This document shows, one piece after another, positions 18,896-31,199 of a stretch of DNA of 64,000 nucleotides (within the stretch, counting starts at the first letter, position 1; every line of letters starts with the position of its first letter). The notes beneath the pieces are model-generated. The model did not search any database. It was not told the DNA's origin and saw nothing but the letters and a program-made list of their open reading frames with translations. The translations under genes were made by a program, and so were the position numbers. Source of the DNA: Geosiphon pyriformis uo1 (taxonomy: Eukaryota > Fungi > Glomeromycota); the NCBI GenBank assembly GCA_016748015.1, contig JAAOMT010000222.1:499924-563923 (forward strand), in the 5' to 3' direction.

Positions 18896-21800
18896 GTGAC
18901 AGAATCAGAAAATATAGGAGCAAACCATTTAGAATTTGCAAAATCTTTATTTCAACACTATTGTCAATACTTGGGATTAAACCACAATCATATATCTGCC
19001 GAATCAGCCTTCAATTTCTACATCAACAAAAAGATTTCCTCTTTATTAGGAACACCAGTGAATACTGAATCAGTAAGAAAAACTTTCTATAAGGAATTAA
19101 TTCAAAACACCAACCAACCAACAAATCATAATTTTGCATCCATCATTACTGAGATCAACAAAGAAATTGAATATCACACTCAACAAAGATATCCCATTAC
19201 ATATGCTAGTAAAGACAAGGGAAAATTACAAACACCAGCAGTAACACCCAGAAAAATACAGCCATCTGCTTAGAAGAAAAACAGAGTTGAATCCCCAAGC
19301 AATCTATTCTACTACTATACATCTGAAAGCACCATCAACATATCATTAACAGATGCATTCCCATCAACTGTAACATCAGCATTTGGATGATTCCTATTTC
19401 AAAGTAGACAAAGAAAAACAGAATTGTTAGGACCATATGGCGAATACTTTGAGGGATTTAATTTGCAATCATCAACCCCATCAGGACTTTGATCACCACT
19501 GCCTCCACCAGATTTTGGAATCTCTGATCCGTGGGAAGCAGCAGAATCAGAAAAGGAGGAAGAAGAATCAGAGGATTAAGAATTTACTTACCAGCGCCCA
19601 ATCACTAAAAACCTGGAAGTTGAAACCCTGGATTTTCAAACTCAGCAAAATCCAGATCTAGAAAATTCGGAAATCGAAACTCCGAATCATCAAAGGCAGA
19701 ATAATCCAAACCCTGAATTAATTAATCAGCAAAACTTACCTCCAGTAATTGTCATCGATCAACCGCCAATTAATCCCATAGCCGAACCCATACAGCAGCC
19801 ACTTCTACTACCACCCCAACAACCAGTACAACAACAACTGCTTCAACAGTCACCACAACCACCTAACTTGAATCCAATAGCCTATGCATCAATCATAAAA
19901 CTTAACAACTTTACTGGCAAAGAGGATGACGCTCAAGTATGGCTGAATGATGTAGAAAAGGCCATCACAGCCAACGGATAGAATAATGCTCAAGCAATGC
20001 AAGCCATTCCCTACTTTCTCAAGGATACTGCCAATTCATGGTATCAGAGCCTGATTAATAAACCACAAGATTTTAATGCCTTCAAAGTGGAATTCCTAAG
20101 ATACTTCAGCAACAATAACAGCATCAATCACCTAGTCAATACATTCACCACCATAAAACAAGGAGAAACTGAAGCAGTCACCACTTATCTGGAACACTTC
20201 CATTGAAACCTATGCCAAATTCAAGCAATTAACACCAACTATTTCACAGCACCACAGATACTCAATCAGTTTATCCATGGCCTGTACAGCAGCATTTTGC
20301 AACATATATGTCCATTGCATCCAGGTACCCTTCAAGACGCAGTTACATGCGCCAGAAATTTTGAATCCACTGAGTCAGAGGCTAACCACATCCAAGCTGT
20401 TAATCTAGTAATGAATGGATCATCTGAATTGGATTCCAAATTGGAAAAGTTCAGTGAATCAATTAATAAAAAATTGGAAGGATACTTAGCTGACAATCAC
20501 GCCATTTATCAGCCTCCACAATGATGCAATAATCAAAGAAACTCTATTTGTGCCCAAAATCAGCCACATTCATCTTCATCGACCAATTAATGGTGGCAAC
20601 AAGAAATGCATATCTGCCACTATTGTGGTAAACAAGAACATATCCAAATTGACTGTTACCAGCATTTAAATAACCAACGATCGGGAAATCAATATCAAAA
20701 CCCTGATCACCAGTTCCAAACTCCAAATCAATACCCAAATCAAAACCAACCCGCTTACCTACCAGTGACGCAGTCATCCATCTATCAGTCTTTGGTGTAC
20801 CAAGCTCCAATCTATTAACCACAGCCACAAGTGATTTATCAACAACCGCAGCCACAAATAATCTATCAATCCCAACAAATCCAAACACTGCCCCAAAGCT
20901 TACCACCCAATGGAACCCAAAGACCAAGAATGACTCAATAGAGCTGGAGATTGGCAATAGTAGTCCATCAACTGATCCCCAGTTCTTCACAGCAATCATC
21001 TGGATTACGCCAGCGGAATTTGGGTACTGGTCAAACCCAAAACCCAAATTCTCAGAACTATTTAAGTCTCTTGATCACCCCAGAAGACGCCTCAACCAAT
21101 AACTTGGCATTCACCCAAAAACAACCACTCACCAGTAATATCCCATCTGCTATCATTACCGAAGATGAGTCCTTGGCTGCTATCTTCTCATTCGAATTTG
21201 AAGAAACAGCTGCAACGCCATTATTTAGTGGAGCTGCTCTTAAAGCCAAACCAATTACCACAATGTACACTAACACCAAAGTCGAGGGACAATCCATCAA
21301 ATTGATTCTTGACAGTGGTTCAGCAGGCAGTATCATCACACAGCAACTCATGGAACAATTAGGTCACTGAGTTGATCGAGCTGCTAGTGCCAGAATCATC
21401 ACAGCTAATGAAGCGACCAAAACTCCAATTGGAGAAATTGATGATTTCCCTTTTGAATTCAATGGCATCATGACTCCCATTAAAGTTCTAGTGATGGAAG
21501 CCACTTAATACCAAGCTCTCATTGGTAATGACTGGCTATTCAAAGTCAATGCGACGTTAGACTGGAACACCCAGAAACTCCAGCTAACATATCAGGACCA
21601 ACACATGCATGTACCAGCCACGTGTGGCCACTTTAAGACTCCTCCAAGAGAGAAACTATTGATTGAACTGGAGGAGGAGAAAGAGAAACCTACCTGGGAA
21701 GCCTACCAAGTGTTGTGGGCTAATGAAGAGCATAACGAACTGCCACCAATACTTCCCTGGGACAACAACAACAATGGAAAAGGAAAACAAAAAGAAAAAC

Positions 21801-24800
21801 TTACCTGGGAAACCGATGACTTGACCTAGACCAACAATGACGAGAGCAAACCAACTTCAAGCTGGGAATGGAAAGAAAACAAAGAAGAAAAGGGAAAAAG
21901 GAAAAAGAGAGAGGAAGAAAACACTCAAGCCAACAACACTTATATTCCATACACCTACAGTCAACAACAACCATCGACCTATTGCCAACCCAAACTGATA
22001 TGCATTGATTGTGGCAAGAAATTGTCGTCAATGAGCGCATGCTGTGGCAACGACAAAGAATATCAGACGGCAACCAAGTTTTATTGCCATGCATGCCATA
22101 TCGAATGTTTTGGAAGACCAAAACGAATGGGAAAATAGGATAATACACCATGTATAGTCTGTGGAGAAACTCTTCTGGATAAAGGGATGTGGAATGACAT
22201 CCCAGGATGTGGAGGAATATGCGATGTATCATGTCAATACACGATTCTAATAAGTGACTGGGTAAAGAAAGAAACCCCAATAGAAACAGCCTGGAGAAGA
22301 GCCGTACAGCAACTAAACAGTTGTCCACATGATGATGACAAAATTTAGCAAATGACACTCACTAAAATCGAAGGGGTGTTACCTGAGGAAATAAAAACAA
22401 TCAAAGACAACCCCTCCAGAATCTTTAAAGCTTGACTGAGACGCAGAACCCATCATAAATCTCCTGGATTCAGAATAATTCCACAAACACTACCAAGAAT
22501 TAGCACCCACAAGGAAAGAACAAGAACAACAGTTAGAGCAGTTAAATGCTTGACTATGTCAACACTGCCTAATTTCCTGTAACTTCCAGTATTGTGATAA
22601 GTGTGACCTCATTTACAATCCACCACCATGCATGATCTATACAATTCCTGAAGAGAAAGAACCAATCAGCAGATGTGCATCAGAATCAGAATCAATTTTC
22701 TATCCTGATTCAAACTCCGACAACGACAACAATGAAAACACTGGTTCCAGCTCCATTTAATATGGCGACAACAACGATACCAATTCCAACTCAGATTCAA
22801 ACTCTGATTTAAACTATGAACAATATATTGCACTACCAAATCTTTCCAAAGAACAAGAGTTGAAATGGTATAATGACAATGAGGAAGGTATTATGCCAGA
22901 ACGTGTGCATGATATGATTGCAGGGTTTGATCTGAGATATTCAGGAAAAGATGCCATCAAATTGGAACTGTATTCATGCATCTGCATTGATCTGAAAATA
23001 GCACTAAAAATTCCGGTAACAACAATGGTTCAATTAGCATCTAGGAGTAGTTTAGCAAAAAGAGAGATCAATATAAGAGGAGGAATAATTGACGTGAGAT
23101 ATATAGGAAATATCATCGCCATGCTACAAAATGACTTGGAAAAGGCCTATATAATAGAGCCCAACAAAAAGATAGCACAGGCAATATTCCTGCCTCTGGT
23201 TAGAGTAGCTCAGTTAGTGTCAATGGGAAAGAGGAAGGAATTAGGAATAACAGTGAGAGGAATACAAGGATTTGGATCAATGGGTAGAATAGAAGTACCA
23301 GTTAATATGGCGAAGGAAAAAATTGTTGGCCAAGGAGAAATTATCTCAGCTGGTCAAGCTATTTCTATTTCACTATATAGCCAGTACATGCTAGCAATAG
23401 GAAGAAAAGAAAAGAAACAAGGACAAATTTTTGAAGCTGAAGCAAACCTTTGTAAATCAGGAGAGATTGGGTTGATCAATCTTCACCTACCAGCCAAAAA
23501 CTATAACAGCATAAAAATTCCCATCTACAACAACACTGGCAATGTCATCAACATACCAGAAGGAACCACTATTGGATATTTAACCACAGAAATAGAAGAC
23601 CAACCACCAAATTCTATTCCAGACTTTCCACAACTTTGTGGATATGTTGACATCACATCACAAACAATCTATGGACAAGACAAATGTTATTTGCTCCAAC
23701 CAGAACAATTGGAACAAATGAACATGGGAAACTTAGATCCACTTCAATGTATGCAGCTCAAGATGTTACTCAACAATTTCAATAACATCTTTGCCAGCAA
23801 AAATGAGTTTGGCTGAACTGATATCATCCAGCATTAGATCAAGACTGGAGATGCAATGTCAATCAAACAAAGAGCATACAGAGTGCCACCAGCCAGCCAC
23901 GAGATCATTCGTCAAGAGATAAACAGAATGCTTGACAATGGGCTAATTCAACTATCAATAAGCCCATGGTTGTTATCAGTGGTACTCGTCCGTAAAAAGA
24001 ATGGAAAAATCCAGTTTTGTGTAGACTACAGGAAACTCAATGGTGTAACTCATGGAGACAGTTATTCAACTCCATGAATACAGGAATTATTCAACGCTTT
24101 CAGTGGGAACAAATGGTTCTCAATATTAGATTTGGACAGTGGTTACTGGCAAGTAGCCATGAATTCAGCTGACAAAGAGAAGACGGCATTTACTACTAGA
24201 GAAGGGAATTTTGAATTTGAAGTGATGCCATTTGGCTTAACCAATGCCCCAGCAACTTTCCAATAGCTAATGGAAATCATTTATACTGGCTTATTGTGGA
24301 AATCAGTAGTTGTATATTTGGACAACACCAATGTATTCTCAAAAATGTTTGATGATTATCTTCATCATCTTCAACAAGTGTTCGAAAGACTAAGAAGAGC
24401 AGAACTAAAGTTAAATGCAACAAAGTGCTTCTTTGGCAAGACAAAACTAAAATTCTTGGAACACATAGTCAGCAAAGACGGCATCAAAACAGATCTGGAA
24501 AAAATAGAGATAGTAAAAAACTTTCCAGTGCTGACCAATATGACAGAACTGAAATCATTCTTGGAATTCACCAGCTACTATCAACATTTTATCAAGAATT
24601 TTTCCAAGATAGTGCAGCCACTTAACCAACTGCAAAACAAAAATACAAAATATGAATGAACTGAAAGTCAACAAAAAGCTTTTGATATTCTAAAAAGAAA
24701 GCTTATACAAACTCCAGTACTAATCTATCCAGATCACTGCAAACTGTTCATTATTACCACAGATGCATCCAGCCAGGCATTAGGAGCAGTACTATCTCAG

Positions 24801-25118
24801 AGAGGACCAAACGGCAGAGAGCATCCAGTGGCATATGCCAGCAGAGGTTTAATACTGGTCGAAAAGAACTATGGAACACCAGAAAAAGAACACTTAGCAA
24901 TATACTGGTCAGTCATGAAATAGAAAGAATATTTGAGCCAGAAGTTTGAAATGTACACAGATCACAAAGGATTAACATCACTTCAAAAACAAGAATTTGG
25001 AGATGAAAAACAGTCAAGATGGAAAATGGCACTCACACCATATAAGTATACTACACATTATAAAAAAGAAAAAGACAATGGAAATGTGGACGGTTTGTCG
25101 CGAATGAGACAAATCTAA
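18896..25118 (+). pseudogene. gag-pol: Element B ORF1 polyprotein (extension, Gag, PR, Cys-rich insert, dUTPase, RT, RNase H)
   Basis: GTG start; CHYCGKQEHIQIDC, LILDSGSAGS, dUTPase, YLD(N), TTDAS, TDH, ending GLSRMRQI*; many stops and one frameshift near 22412. Confidence 0.93.
22896..23282 (+). pseudogene. dut: dUTPase domain of element B (open in ORF 22860-23816)
   Basis: AGFDL, RSSLA, GIIDVRYIG, IAQ, RGIQGFGS. Confidence 0.92.
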
Positions 25119-25181
25119 GAACATTTCAACCCAAAAATATAACAAAACCAGAACAATACCAATGAAAAAATACAACAAAAG

Positions 25182-26564
25182 ATGAACATACAAAAATATC
25201 AACAATTACAACATTATATAAACACTCAACAGTTCAAGGAGAATTTATCTCAAACAGAACAAAAAAGTATCAAACAACAATCAAAATATTTTACCACTTA
25301 CCAAAATATACTTTATTAAAAAAATAGAAGAGATCCAGATCAACCAACCAGAGTAATTACGGAGCCAGAAAAAGAGACAATATTATTCAACATGCACTCA
25401 AATCCAACAGCAGGACATTTTTACAAAGAAGCAACCATAGAAAAAACCAAAAAAAGATACTATTGGCCATCAATATACCCAGACATCATTCAATATGTTC
25501 AAAATTGTGATGCTTGTCAGTGAAGAGGGAGAACAAGACCCAGTGAACCATTAAGACCAATCAAAGTAGGACAACCATTTGACTGTATTGGAATTGATTT
25601 AGTTGGACCATTAACAATCACCAGCAGAGAAAACAGATACATAGTGGTAGCTATGGACTATCTTACTAAATAGCCAGAGGCAAAAGCAATTCAAAGAGCG
25701 GATGCAGAATCTATTGCCGAATTCATTCATCAGGATTTGATTTGTCGACATGGATGTTCAAAAGAATTATTATCAGACCAAGAAACTCATTTTGTGAACA
25801 GAACATTAACAGAATTGAGCCAAAGATTCAGAATCAAGAGACCATTATTATTACCATACCATCCACAAACCAACAGATTAGTAGAAAAATTCAATAGAAC
25901 ATTGTGTGAAGCAATAGCTAAGCTCAGCCAAAAAAACCAGAATGATTGGGATTTGTTCATACCATCAGTACTATTTGCTTATTGGACAATAAAACAAGAT
26001 ACTACACAAGCAACACCATTTGAATTAGTATACAGGAGAACAGCAACATTACCAGTAAAGAGAGAAATTAATACATATCCAGCTAAACCAATAACAGAAG
26101 AAAATTTTCAAGAAACATTGCTGAAAAGAACATATAACTTAATAGAAACATTGGAAAACAAACGAAGAAAAGCAGCTGATAATATTCAAAAGTCACAAGA
26201 AAAACAGAAAGAAAGACACAATAGTCAACTACCAGACAAACTGGTGGAATTCAAGATTGGAGACAAAGTATTACTACATTGTACCAAAGTGGAAAAACAA
26301 TGGAATGGAAAATTTGACCCCAAATGGGACAGACCATTTTACGTAGAAGAAATTTTAGGAAATGGAGCTTACAAATTAAGATTGAATAACAAAATTTTAA
26401 CCAAAGCAGCACATGAAGATTGACTGAAGCCATATAGCAACATCACATTACCATCTACCAGTAATATTCCACAATTAGAAGTACAGAGAATACTAGTCTG
26501 ACCAGATAAGATTCCACAAGATCTGGAACCAATCATTATTATCAACAACAACACGTTAAATTGA
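25182..26564 (+). pseudogene. Element B integrase (stand-alone ORF2)
   Basis: ATG MNIQKYQQLQHY; HSNPTAGH...CDAC; IGIDLVGP; LSDQ; LVEKFN; KWDRPFY. Confidence 0.93.
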
Positions 26565-26588
26565 TTAATCAAAAGAATATATAAAGAC

Positions 26589-27248
26589 ATGGTAGATGCA
26601 ACAGGGAATATCAGAAAAATGGAAATTACAGACAACATTCACACACTAGCACAACAACTTTTTCAATTAATCCAACACCAGGAAATGGAGATTACAATCA
26701 ATCAACAAACCATTCGATATCAAGATACTAGAAAGACATTGCAACTCAGAACACCAAAGAAAACTGAAAACATGGTGGACAAAATCATGGCAAAAGTAAA
26801 ATTAGCAATAAAAAAATCGACAAAAGAGTCACTATATCAAGAGTTGACTAAAGAAACTTGGAATTGGTAGATACAACAATTTCCAAGAAACTATTGTTCT
26901 TTTTACTTGGGACAACACGTAAATATCTAGAATCTATATATGGATAAAACAAAGTGATTATTTAACAAAAGAATACTACAACAATTAGAACATTTTGTGA
27001 GAAAGAACAACTTATCCACACAAGCCCGAGTCATATACCGAATACACACAGCATTTCAGGATAAACCAGAAATATTGCTTAACAAAGCAATGGATATGGT
27101 TACCAGTAATCAATTGGGAAAAATCACCAATGCTCAATTTAAAGAATTACAGACCCAAATAACACAAGTAATTCTCAAAAACAAAATCCAGGAAATACTT
27201 CAAGAAGGGGAATTACATGAGTTGGATTTCGACAGAGCTCAATATTAA
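26589..27248 (+). pseudogene. Element B ORF3, unknown function
   Basis: Track ORFs 26589-26870 and 26997-27248 share a frame; homologous to ORF3 of A; ends DFDRAQY*. Confidence 0.85.
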
Positions 27249-27261
27249 AAGGAGGGAATAA
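27247..27261 (+). other. Polypurine tract of element B
   Basis: AAAAGGAGGGAATAA immediately before the 3' LTR. Confidence 0.9.
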
Positions 27262-28026
27262 TATTACTCATAGAAATATAAGAAATATATTAGCACAATT
27301 ATTAGCCAATCAGAAGTAAGCATAGTAAATATGGAATTTCAGGATTCCTTTTAAAGGAATCGCAGGATTCCAGGAATTCCAGGATTCCTGTTGTGAAAAA
27401 TCGAGAAATTGAGGAATCTCAATTATGTATATATAATGGTAGTGTTAGAAACAGAAAAGACAGAATTGATACCACAAAATTCTTAGCAAGAAACAAAATC
27501 ATCAAATAAATAATTATTTCATATCTCAATTCACTCTCCACTATCAACACTTTATATTAATAGTAATTGATACTTGACCACACTGGAACAATAGCTCTTG
27601 ATCATGGCTATTGATGGAATACTAATCTGCCAAACCATTTGGGCTTATTTCTTTTCTTTTATTTTTCTTTGTTTTATTTTCTTTTGTTGTTTACTAATTG
27701 AGTAAAAGGATTAAGCACTGAGTTATTGATGTCAAAAATAGCCTGGTAAAAGACCCAGAAATAAGAGTAGAATTTTATATATTATCAGATAGCTTACCAG
27801 AAGGACACGACTACCAGACTAAATCCAGCCACCACGCTGAGAAAAAAATTGAGAAAACTCTTGATACATCTGCTATCGACACTATTGAATCTCTGTTCAT
27901 TATACAAAGAATTTCATCAAAACCTTCAGATACCACACCTTCAGAACATTATCAATGGAAGTAGCTTTTGAGCACCAAGTTACAGGTTGTTATTTACTTT
28001 AACAACAGAAATAATCCTCTGTAACA
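27262..28026 (+). repeat. Element B 3' LTR
   Basis: Ends TGTAACA followed by the TSD; carries fewer U3 repeat units than the 5' LTR. Confidence 0.95.
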
Positions 28027-28030
28027 TCAC

Positions 28031-29140
28031 AAAGAAAAATGAAAAAATAAGATTCTGCATAGACTATTAGAAACTAAATAGCATTACTTGAAGAGATAGT
28101 TATTCCACTCCTCTTATTCAAGAAATTTTAAACAATCTGAAGAATAAGAAATGGTTCTTATCATTAAATCTTGCCAGTAGATATTGACAAATCGAGATGG
28201 ATCCAAAAGACAAAAAAAAATGTCATTTATTATGCAAAACAGAAACTTTGAGTTTAACATAATGCTCTTTGGGCTTTGTAATATTTCTGTTACCTTTCAA
28301 TGATTAATAGATATTGTATATAAAAAAATTCTATAAAAATCAGTTGTAGTATATCTGGATAATACCAATATATTCTCTAAAACCTTTAATAACCATTTAC
28401 TTTACCTTCAACAGGTTTTTGAGCACCTTTGAAATGCAGGGCTAAAACTCAATTCTGACAAATGCTTTTTTGGAAAGAAAGAACTAAAATTCTTAGGACA
28501 CCTAATTGACAAAGACAGAATCAAACCCAATTCAAACAAAGTACAAAAAGTCAAAGATTTTTTAGTTCCAACTAATTTATGAGAACTAAAAAAATTCTTA
28601 GAACTGGTTGAATACTATTATCAGTTTGTTAAAGAATTTTTAAATATTGTTAAACTTCTTCACTACTGTTGAAACATATGTTATATCTTTGGAGGAAAGA
28701 ACAGCAAAAAACATTCAATGACTTTAAACAACAATTAATTATAACACCAATCTTAATTTATCCCAACTTCAACAAAAGATTTATGATTACAATAAATGTT
28801 TCGAAAAATGCATTAAGAGTAATTTTGTTCCAAATCAGACCAAACAACAGAAAACATCCAATTGTATATGCTAATTATAGCAAAAAAAATATACAGTACA
28901 ATGAATTTGGAATGTTTTGCCATCTATCGGGCCATATACACTTGGAAACACTATTTTAACCAACTATTTGACATATATACCAATCATTAAAGACTTATTT
29001 AGTTACTTAACAAACTTTAACCAGAAAAAAAATATGCATAATAAAGTACTTATCTACAACAATTTTTATACAAAGCTTACTACAAAAAAAAATCCAAGAA
29101 TGCCAATGCTAACAGTTTGTTAAGAATAACACAAATCTAG
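28031..29140 (+). pseudogene. pol: Element C RT and RNase H, resumed after B
   Basis: KKNEKIRFCIDY, degenerate YL(D)N, ending NANSLLRITQI*. Confidence 0.88.
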
Positions 29141-29150
29141 TCTCAAATTC

Positions 29151-30407
29151 ATGAATATAACTACTTACTAGTAATTATATTAGTACTTATTGACACTTCA
29201 GTTCAAGGAGATATTACTTCAACAGAAACAGAATATTATATGAAAACAAGTCCAAAAATACTTTATTCGAAATAACCAACTATATTATTGAGAACATCAA
29301 AATTGCACCATTCTACAATAGATTATAAAAGATAATAAAAAAGAAACTATATTACATAGCATGTATTCTGATCCAACTACAGAGCATTTTAACAAAAACA
29401 CTGCTTTGAAAAAAACTATAAACCAATACTATTGGCCAACAATATATAAAAATATTTTTGAATATGTGCTTAATTGTAACTCCTGCCAAAAAAAAGGAAG
29501 AACAAAATCAATAAAACTACTTCAATTCATTCCAGTTGGAAATTCATTTGATAAAATTAAAATTAATTTGGTTAGTTTTCTCTTAATTACATCCAAAAAA
29601 AATTATTACATAGTTGTAACAGTAGACTATCTTACAAAATGGCCAGAAGCCAGAGCAATCTAAGTGGCCAATGCCAAAACAATAGCCAAATTTGTATATC
29701 AAGACTTAATTTGTTAACATGAATGCCTGAAAAAATTGTTATTAAACCAAGAAACCCACTTTGTCAATAGTATGTTAACTAAATTAAACCAACAATTTGG
29801 AATAAAATAACTTCTATTGTCATCATACTATCCACAAACAAATAGACTAGTAGAACAATTTAACTAAACATTGTGTAAAGCATTAGCAAAAATAAGCTAC
29901 AAAAATGCACAAAAATGGGACTTATTTATATCTTTTATATTATTTGCATACCAAACATTAAAACAAGATACAACTCAGTTTACACTATTTAAATTAGTTT
30001 ATGGAAGAAAAACCATCTTACTTATTGAACAAAAAATACTGTTTTATTTAACAAAAGTAATCACAAAAGAAAATTTTAAAGCTGTCTTGCACTAAAAAAC
30101 ATATCAGCTTATGGAAACATTAGAAAACAATTGCAGAACAGCAGCTGACAACATTAATAATGCTCAAAAGTGACAGAAAAAAAGACATGATAACTACTTA
30201 TCTAAACAACCAATGGAATTCAAGATTAGAGACCAAGTACTATTGTATCAGACAAAAGCTAAGAAACAGTAAAGTGGAAAGTTTGATTTGAAATGGGATG
30301 GTCTATTCCATATACACAAAGTTTTAGACAACAAAGCTTATAAATTATAATTGGAAAACAGAATTTTAAAGAAAGTAATACATGCAAATTGGTTAAAAAT
30401 TTATCAT
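29151..30407 (+). pseudogene. Element C integrase (own ATG); tail continues at 40406-~40516 after D
   Basis: MNITTY..., YSDPTTEH...CNSC, DYLTKWPEA, KWDGLF. Confidence 0.88.
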
Positions 30408-31196
30408 TGTTACTCATAAAATATAAGAAAGATATTAGTATATAGATTAGCCAATCAGAAGTAGCCGTAGTAAATGTGGAATTCCAAGATTCTTCTCAAG
30501 AAGAATTGCAGGATTCCAGGAATTTCAGGATTCTCGTACAAAGAATTGCAGGATTCCAGAATTGCAGGATTTTTTTCAAAAATAATTGCAAAATTCCAGG
30601 AATTCCAAGATTCCTGGTGTAAAGAATTAAGGAATCGAAGAATCTCAATTATGTATATATAGCAGTAGTATTAGAAATAGAAAAGACAAATCTTCCAGTT
30701 TAGATTTGTTCTAAACAACTTTTCACATCAATAAATAACTATTTGTTATTTTAATTCACTCTCCACTATCAACACTACATGTTGATAGCAATTAATACTT
30801 AACCATACTAGAACAATAGCTCTTGATCATGACTATTGATAAGATACTAACTTGCAATTGCTTTTAATTGTTTTCTTATTTTCTTTTATTTTCTTTTATT
30901 TTGTTATTTCTGTTGAGATTACTAATTGATTGAAAATTAAGCACTGAGTTATTAACATCAAAGATAGTTTGGTAAAAAATCTTAAAAGAAGGGTATAAGA
31001 ATTATATATTAACAGCTGGCTTACCAGAAGAGCATCTCTGCCAAATTACTGGCCACCACACTGAGAAAAAAATTTGATGGAATTGCAATTCTGGGAAGCT
31101 ACTGAAAAAACAACATTGAATCTCTGTTCATTATACAAAGAATTCAATTAAAACCTTCAGATAAAGACAACATAACAATATTACCACTATCATCCA
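30408..31196 (+). repeat. Element D 5' LTR lacking its U5 end and PBS
   Basis: Matches 39541-~40329, then jumps directly to AAAGTGGCA (ORF1 start). Confidence 0.9.
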
Positions 31197-31199
31197 AAA

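Larger units (their letters stand above)
18018..28026 (+). mobile_element. Element B: full-length Ty3/Gypsy-type LTR element nested in the RT of C
   Basis: LTRs 18018-18833 and 27262-28026; perfect 4-bp TSD TCAC (18014-18017, 28027-28030); PBS and PPT. Confidence 0.97.

Noticed and set aside
22405-22420. Programmed frameshift in ORF1 of B
   Set aside because: It is an extra C in a C-run, and A is in a single frame throughout, so it is a private mutation. The IN frameshift in A's T-run near 3980 is rejected for the same reason.
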